DNA of 64,000 nt, taken from positions 1 to 64,000 of the forward strand of contig NW_026930720.1 in the NCBI RefSeq assembly GCF_032062105.1, written 5' to 3'. The notes under the pieces are model-generated. The model did no database searches, was not told the DNA's origin, and was given only the letters and a program-made list of their open reading frames with translations. A program made the translations under genes and the position numbers. The stretch is from Saccostrea cucullata. Its lineage: Eukaryota. Below, one piece after another: positions 27,081 to 41,127 of this stretch (position 1 is its first letter; each line of letters opens with the position of its first letter).

Positions 27081-27903
27081 GACCGCGGAACATTAACTGG
27101 CAAAATTGGAAATATACAGCTTACGTCATTTCTATCTGTTACAATCAAAACATTCATTGATAGACAACGAAATAGGCGGGTACAATTCGACGCGGACGTT
27201 TGGAAAACATCGGATTGAAATAGCAGATCGAAATTCATTTTCAATCCACCCGAGCTGCTTTCAAAGCAAAGAGTGAATGTATGATCCAAAAATCAACTAT
27301 ATTTTACATGTAACTCCCAAATACATATTGTTTGAAGTTCACATTAATATGAGTTTTCGCTTTAAGAACGCGAAAGATCATGGAAGACAAAGATTATTTT
27401 TCAGGAGATATTTGATTCTAGAAGGGGGGGGGGGTAAAAATTGTCGAGTCGGGTCATGGCTTAACATGACAATATATTTTATTTCTAGGATTATTAGAGT
27501 GCATGAGTTTTATACTTATTCTCACTGAAAACTGTTGGACAACTTTATTTAAAAATCGTTCAAACCCCCCCTCCCCCCCCAACACCAACACAAAGATATA
27601 CATATATTTTCCAAACAGAAATGAAATATTTCTTCCTTAAATATTTATTCATTTAAAACACTAGTAAAAAAAATTCAAACTGTACCAAAATTGAAATTAT
27701 TTGTCTTCTGGGTCAACCTTCTGGCGTGCCTGAGGTTGATTGAAAATGAATTTCGATCTGCAATTTCAATCTGATGTTTTCCAAACGTCCGCGTCGAATT
27801 GTACCCGCCCATTTCATTGTCTATCACTGAATGTTTTGATTTTAACAGATAAAAATGACGTAAGCTGTATATTTCCAAGTTTGCCAGTTAATGTTCCGCA
27901 GTC
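27081..27903. mobile_element. MITE with ~170-bp TIRs and TTAA TSD
   Basis: ttaa|gaccgcggaacattaactggcaaa...ttcaatc (27081-27250) is the reverse complement of gattgaaa...tttgccagttaatgttccgcagtc|ttaa (27735-27903). Confidence 0.85.
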
Positions 27904-29954
27904 TTAATCACGTTTATTTATTAATTGGGCTTGAAATAAGAGAGAAAGAAAGAAAATAAATAAATATGTATTACTAAATATACATAGAGCATGCAACATG
28001 GAGAATAAAAATAAATAATAATATTTAATGTTTTCAATATTGAAAATAACGCAGCATTGTTAAGGCTTGAATAAGGGGGCGGAGCCTAATTTATACGGGA
28101 AAAGTTTACTGTGACGACACACAAAAATATGACTTTCATGTTTTTCTCATTATACCTGAAAATGAAATAGTTTGCAACTTTTAACTGTATTAGCATAATA
28201 AACAACAATAAAACTTATCAATGCATTTAAAAAACTTGCTACTTAAATCCCATGTAGCTGGTTATAGACAAAGCACTGATCGCGGTGAACTTGTAAACAT
28301 GACGTCATTTTGGTAAAAATGACGCATTTCATGTGCTGTGAGAGGCAGATTGAGGAATTTTTTAACAAAGAAAAATGCGTTTTATTATTAAACGGAATAC
28401 TATTTACAGGTTTTAAATAGTCGATTAATACCAATGCATATCCTTTGTTTAGTGCGATTATTAATAAACTATCAAGAGAATGTATTTTGCTAATTATGTC
28501 GTGTTTGTATGTACAGGTTACGTATATATTACATCGAGATGCCTCATAAAATCGCATTTTCGCAAGGGCATACACTTAATAGATCTTAACCATTTTTTTA
28601 ATATAGATAAAGGATATTTTTCTTCACTTGAAAAGTGCTGCTGCTTTCTTTAAATCGAGGGCATGATTTTATAAGAACACAAAACATTTGGTAAAAGTCA
28701 AACATATTTCGACATTGGCTTATTTACCTTATAATTTAACTATTAAAACGCAAGTTCTATTCAAAGCAGCAGCACTTTTCAGAAACTACAAAGTATGCAG
28801 AAACAAATAATAACTTGAATTTTTAATTTCAACTTAGGGTATGCCCTTGCGATATTGAAATTTGTTAACGACCTACATTCAGTACACGAACTAAGCATTC
28901 ATCACGTGACTGTCCATCGATGGGACCAAACTTCATACAGTACAGAGTGGGTTATACAATGCTATTTCAATAAGTATTTGTGTTCTGTGATAATAAAACA
29001 GCTTAATTAAAATAAATTCAGTTTTAAAAAGGTCCCCCTTTTTGCACGTCTATTTTCCGTTTATTTCTCATAGTAGGCCTTAACAGTGCTGCGAAACAAA
29101 ATAAATATATTATTATATCATGCTTCCGAAGAAATAAAATATATCAAAACGAAAATGTTTTTCAATAATCATTTTAATAATAGATTTTTACAGTATATAA
29201 ATACGCCTTGTTTGTGTATGTAAACTGCTTAGATTAATATTGAATAGCAAACTGATCGATTAGTTGACGTGCTGAATGGTCAACGCATTTGATCTTTTAT
29301 CCCAGTTGACAGGTCTGTTTGCCATTTTGATTGGTCGGCACACTTTTTGGCTAATCGCTAATCCTGATTGACAGCTTTGTTAACTACTACCGAACGCATG
29401 TTCGCTTTTTGGGACCGTTACAGAATTTGAAGTAAAACTTGTCAAGCGAACGCGGAGCGCACCCAAGGCGCACCCAGACCGGTTCCGAATTTCTGAAAGC
29501 GAACCCGGATCAGATCCCTCAACGAACGCAGGAAGCGGACCTGGGTCTGCTTAAGGTTCAATCGGGTGTTAGTTTGTGTCCGGTCGGTACTGAAAGCTCA
29601 AAAATTATCTCACCATGTGACTCAGTCATTTTATGTCCTCATATCCCTAGTATGTTTGTACAGAATTGAACATAATTTCTCTTCAACAAATTCGCTCATT
29701 CAAGAAAATAATTTGCGAAATCAATGTTAACATACTAATATAGCATTAATGCATTAATTTAAAATTCTTTAAAATTAATTTCTTATCAAAATGGCATGCT
29801 TGGCCAAGACTTGAAGAGGGAATAACCACTTTTCATACAAAAAATATCCTAAACCCACTGCAATTACATCTGTCATTTGTTTATCTATCACAGGGATATA
29901 CCATAATTCATTCCACTCCTAAAGAATAACATTTTTTATTCACGATTATTTCAG

Positions 29955-31024
29955 GAGGCACCATTGACACAACTGTTCATGAAATTCTAGATGATTACTA
30001 TCGCGTTAGGGAACTTCATAAAGCAGCTGGTGGTAACTGGGGAGGCACAAAGGTTGATGAAAAGTGGATCGAGTTTTTAGAGGAATTATCAGGTGAAGAA
30101 GCCATGGATGAATTCAGAAAAACAGAATGTTATGATGTCGTTGACCTTTACAGAGATTTTGAAACTAAGAAAAGAACCATCAAAGAAGACCCAGATCAAA
30201 AGATAGTACTTAAAATACCAGTTTCACTCTCAGAGATATGCAAAAAGTATAATAAGGGGCAATCTTTATCTGATAAGGCTGCAAACAACAAAAAATACGG
30301 AAACAATATTAAAGCGTCCGCAGACAAGTTGATTATTACTGCTTACATAGCAAGAAGATTTTTTACTGAATCAATCTCACAAATTTGTGAACACTTGAAA
30401 ATGATTTTTCAGCATCCAAATGTTAAACCTGTCAATATAATCCTTTTAGTTGGTGGATATGCCGAGTGCCCATTACTTCAATCGGCAATTGAAAACGAGT
30501 TTCCATCAAAAACTGTTATTGTACCATCTTTTTCTGGTGTGGCTGTTTTGAAAGGTGCTGTAATGTTTGGTCATAATCCAACTTTGATTCACGAAAGAAT
30601 AGCAAAATACACGTATGGTATAGCTGTATGCCGTCTATTTGAAAAGGGAAAACACAGAGAAGATTACATGTTTGAGAGAGACGGCAAAATATGGTGTGAC
30701 AATGTTTTTCGATCGCATGTAAAAAGTGGTGAAAAAATTCAGGTTGGTAAGTGCCAGTCAAGCGAATGTTATGAAACATTCAAGGGCAGTGGCGGTGTCA
30801 TAGTTCCTGTATATGCATCGACGGTTGAAAACCCTCAATACGTAACCGATGATGGGTGTTGTTTAATTGGAAAAATCAAATTTGCTCTGAATAAAGACTG
30901 TACCTTTGGAGAAACAATTAATAATCTTAAAGTAAATTTTTCTTTCGGAGGAACAGAAATAGAGGTAAAATTAGAATGCATGAAAACAGGAAAAACTAAA
31001 AGCCTTTACTTAGACACTCAATGA
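29955..31024 (+). CDS. HSPA12-like terminal coding exon
   Basis: tttcag acceptor, phase 1, completing DAGGGTIDTTVHE across the intron. Continues GGNWGGTKVD, LLVGGYAECP, AVLKGAVMFG, YTYG, FSFGGTEI to TGA at 31024; in frame with ORF 30104-31024. Confidence 0.93.
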
Positions 31025-31192
31025 ATGAGCATGCATCATCAAACAAATCGATTTGTTTGATTTGAAAAGCATAGACATGTTCTTCATCGCATATTTACGG
31101 AGGATGAGCATTTTCTAATACGAGGAAAGCTACATGTATAATATTGGCTTGTAAGTTTCGTTTATTTTTTTTTCTAATTTTATAATAGATAC

Positions 31193-31203
31193 AATAAAAT
31201 AAA
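31193..31203 (+). promoter_or_regulatory. Candidate polyadenylation signal(s) of the HSPA12-like gene
   Basis: Overlapping AATAAA hexamers about 170 nt after the stop. AT-rich background, so chance occurrence is possible. Confidence 0.4.
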
Positions 31204-33087
31204 CAGCAAATATAATGATGCAGATTGACATTTTGCGTATAAATTGTCTGGCAATTATTTCACCTCGAATTTTCTAGGGATGAATTTGTGTGTCCGATCA
31301 TGACAAGGAACACACAGTAACTCCTGCATGGTACACAATCTCACTCTTGATATTCTTAGAGTTAATACTGTGTTCGTTCTGACTGTCAAAAATCGAATTT
31401 TTTCAATGCACTTTTGATAACTGCTCGTTATTTTTATATTTCGTTTACTGATTAGATTCAAAATGAATTTCTTTCATTTAATTAATGATAACATGTAATG
31501 CTGATTACTCAAGGGCACTTTTGGGTATATGAATTTTGTTTACGACCTGAAAGAACTGCAAACGATTGTATTGTTCTACCGCTTAAAACCCAAGTCATTT
31601 TTTAAAAGAAATAAACACATGAATTTAACCCCCCCCCCCCGAAAAAATATTCTTTTTACTGATAATATGGACTGTCATCAAAGAAATTTATATCAAACTT
31701 TTAGTGTTTCACAGGGAGGGGACATATGTTGATAGATAACAATTGCCAAAAATGTTATTTATTCACAGATTTCAAAGTACTATACAACTAAACGTGAGAC
31801 ATAAGAAAAAATATTAAGAATTTTTAATGATAAGCAAGACTATTTCAAAATGTAGTAATGCTTGGAAATCCGATTTTATTGGAAAAGGATGGTTTATCCC
31901 CTTATTTCAAGAGCTGAAATTAAGTATAATTTACTATTTTGCGCTGGTGTTAAAATAAGTTATAAATTACCACTGACATGTTTTTGTAATTAATCAAGAT
32001 TTTACGGGCAATTTGCCATCAATAATTGCATAAAATGGGTGCAAAATGTAGGAGGGAATCGACAGTTAGCGTGCGTAGCTCTTATTAAGGTATTTCTAAA
32101 ACTGATAATGTATACCAGTTAGACATATCTGAAGAAGACAAATATCATATTTTAATTGAAAATTAACCTATTGATAGACGTCTTCTTTAAAAAACGTGCA
32201 TTAAATTTTAGTTCTACATAATTTAGAATCCCTGTGAGCATTTATCTCTTTCATTAGTCCACCTTTATAAAAAAAAAAGGTTCTTTAATATACTCAATGT
32301 ATATTGATAATGTATTTCTTTCTCAGATGCTGGAGTTATCGCTCTTGCGATATACTCCAGCTTCATTTCAATACTGAGGTGGGACATATGTTTATTCCTA
32401 CCTGTGATAGTGTTTAGCTGGCTTTATTTAAATGTATGCAAGAAAGCAATGTAACCATCAATTGTCGCACGGGAAATAAATAAAGTAAACAGTGGAAACG
32501 AGTCTTGATAATGAAACCGCTTCGATAAGTGTAAAAAAGACATGCGTCTAAATGATGGAGACGATAGTAAAGAGAATAGTTTGAAAAAATAGTCGGATGA
32601 AAATCGAACAACAACGATACCCTTTTTATACTTTGTCAATTCCTCAAGTAAATATTGGCTGCATAAAATATAAATTGAAACTAGACTTAGGCATCACCTA
32701 TTTTCAGAGATGTATTTCATTTTAAGAATATAAAACTCGAACTGTGTAGAGTATGTTTGTATGCGATGAGTAAAATTCAATGTTCTAAAAAATTGACCTG
32801 TCTTTTTTTCAATAGAAAATGAGAAAATACTTGCATAATTATTATATATCAAAAACATAAATATTTATACAAATTCACTTTATGGAAGTAAATATATTAT
32901 GTATCTCGTAATTTTTAAAGGGAAAGAACATTCCAATTAACAATCTTTCTAATGTTTAGAAAACCTTAAATTCTGAATAGCTTCTCCTACCTCAATCCCC
33001 ATACAACAACACTTAAACTTACATATATATGTAAGTTTAAGGAGCCTGGTGCTCCGGGCTGCAATAATATATGTATATATATACTGT

Positions 33088-33227
33088 ATTAATTGACTGG
33101 GTATGAGGCCAACATATGGTTTGTTGGACTTGAAGGTGAAAATGTTGCCCGAGGTTACAGGCCAAGGGAAACATTTTCACATTCAGGTCCAACAAATCAT
33201 ATGTTGCCCGAATCCAAGTCTATAACT
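33088..33227. repeat. 140-bp imperfect palindrome
   Basis: caacatatggtttgttggacttgaaggtgaaaatgtt / aacattttcacattcaggtccaacaaatcatatgttg. Confidence 0.8.
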
Positions 33228-34270
33228 GTTTTGTTATACCCTTCAGTGCTCACTTAAGATTTAATCAATACACACTATATTATCAAATAATAATATACAT
33301 TTCTGGTATCTCTCTATTATATAAACATACAGAGAACAAATATCTTCAATTCTGTATGAAGTTTGTCTGAGGTCAGAGGTCAGTACGTGACCTAATCACA
33401 AGGCGCAATAATATCTACCGGTGCATAAATATAAATTGGCTTGCTCTACTTGCCTTTCATATAAAACATTAACAAAATATGCAAGTAAAATAATAATTAT
33501 TTTATTTACAACGTTAACAAGTATTTCATACAGTTTTTTTTTTTTTTTTTTGGCTATCGATTTAACATGTGTACATGGAGAATATACCGATAGAAACTAG
33601 CTTTTGTTTACAAATTTTATGTCACTTTTTTCAGCTGTACAGCCTCTAACGTTTATCCTTAATTTTTGGGTAGATTTTTAGTTAAATCTTCATGATAAGG
33701 TATACTTTAATTCAATTCAATATTTTAATTTCAAATTCTACTCACGATAAATGTAAATCTGTAAGTGTTGGAAAATATCAAAGCATTGCAATCACGCCAC
33801 GAACAGCTGACAAACACCTCGGCGCTGTCGTATTTCAATGTAATGTGTTTTGTTTACATCATAAATATGCCTTTAGCTATTGAAATCGTAGGTTAAACGT
33901 TTTAGATCTTAGATACTTGATTGCAAATTAACTGACACCTTTCAATCTATCGGATCACTCATCCTTTTCTTGCGACCGAAATTCCTTTTTATCATCGATC
34001 TCCGGACGTGTTTCTTGTGTCTTTTCAGCACTGATTATCAATTTTCCGAATAGAAATATTCTCAGACAACAATCTGTTCACTATAATTGATCACAAGTTG
34101 CCTTTCACAAAAAAGTCCCTTACAAATAAAAACCTTAGACTGATGAATTCGAAGCGTAACCGCCATTCAAGCCGATTAACACCTTGCGTCATTTTTCAAA
34201 ATCTACGACGGGCGGTTAGTGCAATATTATATATTTGAAAATATTTAATCGTCGGTCTCAAATGTATATA

Positions 34271-34430
34271 TAAGAAATAAATAACAAGTTTATAAACTTC
34301 AATGGGAATTGAAATGGGTCGGTACATAATGAAATCTTCTGAGAAGGCCTTCGGCCTTCACAGGATTTGATCACGTGACCGACCCACTTCATTTCCCATT
34401 GAAGTTTATAAACTTTTATTTATTTCTTGA
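34271..34430. repeat. 160-bp imperfect palindrome
   Basis: aagaaataaataacaagtttataaacttcaatggga...gaaggcc TTC ggccttc...tcccattgaagtttataaacttttatttatttctt. Confidence 0.8.
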
Positions 34431-37400
34431 TTACTTTATATGAAAAATTATTGCTTTATCAGTAAATATAATACAATAGCCGAGAAAGAACAAAATTAAT
34501 TATATTTTTATTATATAAAAAAAAATTATCTATCACATAACATATTCTCTTTCTTTCTTCCTTGTTAATAGCAACAACGCTTACAGCTCTTAACCTCGGG
34601 TATTTCCGTGTCGCCGATATTGAACGATGATTAATTACTTGTGACGTATATGTATGTGTATCCTTATCTATCATGAGTTATACTTGCAATTTATGTGTTT
34701 AAACACTGCATAAGGCTAAGGTTTTCAGAGCATATGTCTTTCTCTGTAAAGGTTGGTCTTACTGGATGTATCTGCACTTTGTCACTTACGTAGAATTTCA
34801 TTACTGGTGTGGGGTTTTCTTCTCTATATGGGTCTCAACTGGATTTATGGGGCTTAATCAAGTACATGGCGGTTACAGACCATAAGATATAGGTGTGTTT
34901 AAAATTATGTAATCATTTACATCATTACATGTACTGGGAAAATAAATGGGATTTATTAATTAATAATAATTAAAATATTGATGTGGTAAATCATCAAATA
35001 TTCATAACTGTATATCAAATTTTTATTAGGGTATGATTACATCACCATTTAATGTGATTTACATCATTTTATGTTTAAAAAAATGGTATATACTGTATGA
35101 AACATAACTTGCCTACGTCACAATGAGTGACGTCAAAAACGTATTACTCTGCTTGACGTTACTTTTAAAATTTAATCTATGTGAAGCCTTATTCTTGGGG
35201 GAAATTTATCCCACTGTTTGCACTGAAATTAAATTATAAGGAATGAAGCTTCGCGGTTTATAAAGCGTAAACTGCCCCAAGTTATGTTATATCGTATAAT
35301 ACAAGTTGAAATAAGCTTCATTCCTTAAATATTCCTATTATGCCATCGTACCAAAATGTCTCTTTTTTATTCCCATCAGCCATGACTTGTTTCTTTGTTT
35401 GACCTGTTTTCAAGCTGAAGACAAATCAAATCAAAGAGACAAAGCACATCCTACACTGAAAACTTAAATTAGTCAATTAGACCTAAAAAAAATCATCACT
35501 TTGATTGTACTCCGAGTGAGGGTGAGGATAGTCATTTTGAGAATGTATTGAACTCATTTTTACGACTGGAGAAAAATCACACTGACGAGTTTGATAGTCT
35601 AAAGTGACTGATTGATTGTCACCATGAGAAGACTAGCGAGTCAATCTTAACTAAATTATTGTCATTATAATAGATTCCAATAGTCAAAGTGAGTTTTATT
35701 TCATATCAGTATGAATTTCCTTTAGCTATATTGCTAGGCATTTTTGCGATATTGAAAATCAAAGCGACAATGCAATAATACATTAATTGAAGAAAACATT
35801 GTTGATTATAACACCGTTTCTCTTCTGAACACTTTTTGTATAATTCGTTTTAAAATCAATTGTCTAAAGCAAAGAAACAACAAAATATCACCTACAATCA
35901 CTTCGTGCTTCCTTGGAAGGAAAATAGCGATCGATGCTTTTGTTTCTTCCCGCCAAACAATTGAAACAAAATGAGGCATACAATCAAATTAAAAATGAAG
36001 CTTGGTAGTGTTTAGGAAACAGGTTGTCAAAACATGTTTTGACTACATGAACGAAAAAAAAAGACTTCAAATGTGGTCAGAAGGACTAATTTATGTTTTC
36101 AGGATGATTTTCTGTAAATTTTTGTACTACAGTACAACAAAAAAAGCTACACAGATTCAATCTTATTGGTTCCGCCAACTACGATTTAATTGGATGCGAT
36201 TGTTAATTCCTTTGCGTACTCACATGTAGTTACCGATTGTCATGTATATGTTATTTGCTTGTTAGCTAATCAGCAATCAGGAAGACAGCCAATGAATAAA
36301 ATTAATGTTGAAAAAAATGGCAAAGGGTAGCTTCGATTCTTACGTAATGCCAAAAAAGAAGCACATTGGTGCAATGCATAATAAATATATGAAAATGTAT
36401 GTTGAAGCTTGTATATTAGTATTTAGATTTTAGCTTTTTTTTCAAAATTGAAAACGGTGATTTAGAAAAATCTATGTAATTAACATGCAATCATAAACAA
36501 TATATGGAACATTTAATGTATATTTAATTAATTTTATATGACACTGTTTGCATTATAAAGACAAAAATGTTACAATGAATGCTATTATTAATAAAGCATG
36601 AGCACACATTACTTTATTTTTTTATTATCTCACCTTAGCCAAAAGTTTCAATGACCAATATCTTCATGTTAAACCACCCTTGCCCTGCCAAAGGATGCGA
36701 TAATTTAGTCTTCTACATGTAAGTCCTAAATGTGTTTTTTTTTCTCAGTTGCAAGGCTTGCGCGTTGTAATGCCCACTTGATAATGGATGAGCAAATAAT
36801 TCATATACTTTTTTCTTGACCTATGAGATTAAAACTTATTTCACTGATTTTATCATTTCTAACATATGTTTAATAAGCATGTGAAATCCATATACTTTTT
36901 TATTATTTCGGATTCAGAATGGCTTTTCTGAAAACTGTCTAATTCAGCTTCAATTCGGAATAAATGGGAAGTACAACGTGAGTTTGAAAGAAATAAAAGA
37001 TTTATAGCTTTATTAAATACTAAAGTAAATTGATAACGTGTAAGTGGACTGTCGTCAATATGAACAAAAAGCGGACAATTAATTTTTGGTCTGACAGAGA
37101 TATATCTTTGCAAATGAAATAAGGGGCATATAACTGACATAGCTGACTAGTTTAGCTGAATTGTTTAAACGATTCCTGTTTAGTCAGTCTTGGAATATGG
37201 AACTGTTAACATTAATACTTTCTTATTTAAAGACTGATCCAAGAAAATGTTTAAATATCATTGATGCAGATAACATGGTGAATATCATCTGATTTATTGC
37301 ATGTAAATTTACCAACCCTCAAAAAGGCATGGTCTGCGAATAAAAAGGCAGAGCTAAAAAGGTTCAAAATTAGATCTAGAGGAGCACTCTTTACCTAAAA

Positions 37401-38092
37401 TTGGTATGAGTGTTTTCAAAATGTTTTCGGTAATTGGTAATCGACGATCAACTAATTTACAGGAACGCTTGAAACCTTCTTAGAGATTTCTAACCAGGAA
37501 GCATTGTGTATAGTCTGTAGTACCTGTCAACCTGCATAAATTTAAAACTTATACTATATAAATAAGACGATAATGTGCTGAATGCTCAATCACGAAGGGA
37601 CAAGTGAGCGATGAATATGCACAAATGAGAGAGGGGCGGACCCCAAATATCAATTATCGCAGTTCTCCTGAAAGTAGAAAATATTTTAAAACTATATTTT
37701 GAGTACAGCAGTTTCGTGTTATGGACGATAGACTAAAGCGTTAATTTTTTTTTTCAACTCTAATATCATATACGTGAAGTGTTCTGGGATGAGCGTGGGG
37801 AATTACTGCAACCACAAATGAACATTTTCGGAATCTCAGACACATGGCAACGTACAGCGGACTGCGGACTTTTCACTTGAAGGAACGTGTCAAAAACCAA
37901 TTTTCATTTGCACGATTTATATCACTTGTATGGAATGAAAGTGGGGCCAATCCTTCCTCTTTCCTTTTTTCCAAGAATGCCCTTTTTGCCCCACCCCACC
38001 CCACCTTCTGATAGCTTGTTCCATTTAATTAATAAATCACACCAAGTAATAGCTTTTCAAAAAAGTTTTCCTGACTAAGCAATCGTTATTTA

Positions 38093-38396
38093 AACTAGAG
38101 GTACTGTGAGCAATGAGCTCACTAAATGATACTCCCCGCCTCCCATACGAATATAATGGCAGTGTCCATGTTTTGCTCTGAAAAATCCAAAATATATGTC
38201 AGATCAAAAAATAAAATAGGAGGTGCACAATGGCAATATGTAATAAAGATTTTGTGAAAGTTTCATTAAATTTCCTTCAGTGGTATGAGAGGAGTTGCGG
38301 ATAAGAGATGGGTACCCCAAAGCGTAACAGACGGACGGACGGACGGAATTAACGATTACTATATACCCTCCCGCTTTTCAAGCGGGGGGTATAATA
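38093..38396 (-). mobile_element. Short Helentron/HINE-like element
   Basis: Terminal hairpins gtgagc-aatga-gctcac and cccgctt-ttc-aagcggg, with a (gacg)n microsatellite. Confidence 0.6.
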
Positions 38397-38934
38397 ACAT
38401 GCTTTTACATATATCATTATAATAATAGTATGATATGTTCATTTTTAGGGGGGAGGGGGTATATTTCATAGCCTTACAAATCGAATACTTTTTCCAAAAG
38501 ATCAGGAAAGAAACTTGCCAATGGTTTTAAGATGGGGTTTGCGCAACAGATTTTGTTTATTGCTAGCGCTCGAGGAATTTGGACGTTAGTCCAAATTCCT
38601 TGAATATGCATGCTCGGCTTCACGGTTGTGCATTCTGGAAAAATGTGAAAACTACTATAGATAGACCATACGACAACAATTCCGTTGTATCACGTTGTAG
38701 CTCATTTTTTCCTTTTTTTCCTGACGGAAAAGCCTGAGTCATTATATGATTGTTATAAACAAAGTCAAGGGAGTTTTTTTTTTAGCACAACCAAAGATAG
38801 ACTCTAATTTCTGATTGGTCAATTCAGCCAACCTTACAAATTACAAAAACAAGAATTTTCACTTAAAAATAACGAATAAATCCATTATTTACATATATTT
38901 AAAAAAATTTGATGTGTTTGCAATTGGCTTTTAA

Positions 38935-40769
38935 CACTCTAAAAAAAGTTTTACTTGTTGCTTTTGAAATAAGATATTAGATTAAGAAAAACTAGTAATT
39001 ATTAGTAATCCATTTAGTTAGAATAGCAAGTAAATGACTATCATGGTTAGTAATTGTAAAAATAATTAGTAATAAGGATGAATTCATTTACTTATAAAAT
39101 GATTTACTAAGTATCAATACTTAATAGGAATTAGATTACTTAGTAAATGAACTACTCATTTTTAGTAAATCATTATTACTTAATTTATAGAGATAATATG
39201 CTTTCTATTTACTAGGTTTTATGAATTATTACTAAGTAAATGTAATTCTGAAATTAATTAAAATCTAGAATATTATTACTTAGAAGAATACCAAGTAAAT
39301 GAAATACTTATCATATTTACTAAAATCGACATTATTTCTTTGTAATTGTTTTATTTTATTTTGCAATAAAACATTTAATTCCAACTTCAAACGCCTTCTA
39401 AATTGAATAATTTGTATATTTTTAAGGACCATTTTAAAAATGGTTTAAAGTTTCAAGTACTTAATACAGCATTTTAATTAGTATAACTTTTTTTTTTTTT
39501 TTTTTTACATGAAGGAATATTTAGAAGAAAGATAACTCCTCCTCACAGACAATTAATATGAAACTTTAAGAATTCAATCCTGATAGTAATTAGACTACCA
39601 TTTTTAAGTAATTATTTGTATTGCAACTGCTCTGAATTCTCCTTGATTCAGTAAATAAATAATGGTTTTAAGTAAATCAATTGAATACAATTTAAACAAG
39701 ATGTGTTCTTGATATCTCAAAGGTCAAGGTCAAATGGTCAGTGTTATTGGTCCTGCCACAAAAAATACATATCTGAAATATGAAAGCACTAGCCCCAACC
39801 CTTCAGAAGTTATGGTCAAGTTTACCAACTTTGAAATGTAGATCAAACTCCAAGGTCAAGGACAAAGGGTCAGATTTGGTGGTACCCAAAGAAAGGTCTT
39901 GTCACAATGATGAAATATGTAAAGTATAAATGCACTAACCCCAACCTTTGTTAAGTTAAAGTCAAGATTTGCTTTTTAAAAGTGGGTCAAACTCCAAGGT
40001 CAATGTCAAAGGGTCAAAGTTCTTGGTATCTAATGAATGGTCTTCTCACAGGTATTACATATATGTAAATATGAAAGTCCTATCCCTTATCGTTCAAAAG
40101 TAATGGCCAAGGTTAAAGTTTTTCACAAGGATTGAAATCTCCAAGGTCAAGGTTAAATGGTCATAGTTGTTGGTATATATTGAAAAATCTTTCAACAAAG
40201 AGTATATATGTGAAGTATTAATGTCCTGGTATTTACTGTTAAAAAGATATGGCTAAAGAAAAAGTTTGGAATTTGTAAAAGTGGGTCAAACTCCAAGGTC
40301 AAGGTCAAATTTGGCGACACTCAAAGATAGGTCTTGTCAAAAGGAATGAACATGTGAAATATATGCAAGTCATCGCTCCGCTAAATCAAAAGTTATGGGC
40401 AAGGTTAAAGTTTTTGCGGACAAACAGACAAACAGAGAAACAGACAGATGGACACGACAAAAACTATATATATAACAATTAAAATAAAATCCTGATATCT
40501 TTATTTTTTTTTTCATTATAGTATATATATATATATAGTAATTAGACTACCAGATTTAAGTAATTTGTTCTGCAGCTGCTCTGAATCCTCCTTGATGCAG
40601 TAAATAATTTGTTTTAAGTAAAACAATTAAATAATAACAATTTAAAAATATTTCAGTAATAGCTAGTAATTAGTGGTAAACTGTAGGTAAAAACCAAGTA
40701 ATATGTTATTACTTACATACAAAAATTTAAGAAAATATATATTACTAAGTAAAACTTTTTTTTAGAGTG
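38935..40769. mobile_element. CACT-terminated (CMC/EnSpm-like) non-autonomous element, AA TSD
   Basis: aa|cactctaaaaaaagttttactt ... aagtaaaactttttttttagagtg|aa, with many AGTAA/TTACT subterminal repeats. Confidence 0.7.
39695..40470 (-). repeat. Helentron-like insertion with ~147-bp monomers
   Basis: ccaaggtcaa at 39850, 39994, 40141 and 40293. aacaag terminus and (gaca)n microsatellite at ~40420-40460. Confidence 0.75.
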
Positions 40770-41127
40770 AACCTAACATTTCTTGACAAATATGACCTAA
40801 AAGGACCACGCTACTTCATATCTTCACATTCGGATCTCTCTGGATTTCTTTATATAACATACAATTTGAGATATTTTCTATATTCCTTTTAATTCCCCTA
40901 TATTGCAAAAAAATTCTACACTTAAACCAGCTCATACAATGCCTTAATCGGCACCTTTTCAATATTATGTAGAGTCTCCCCCTCTCCAGTAATGGTCATA
41001 AAAATTCCGTTGTGCAAAAATTCCAATAGGTCAACACCCCCTATGTGTCTATAAAATACAATTCACAAAACAATTATATCTTTACGATATAGTTAAAGCT
41101 ATGAAATGTTTGATTTGTCCATATATT

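Noticed and set aside
32327-32378. Possible small exon (ttctcag|ATGCTGGAG...GAG|gtggga)
   Set aside because: No partner exons, and the sequence is a hairpin (gctggagt-tatcgc / gcgata-tactccagc) more like a repeat terminus.
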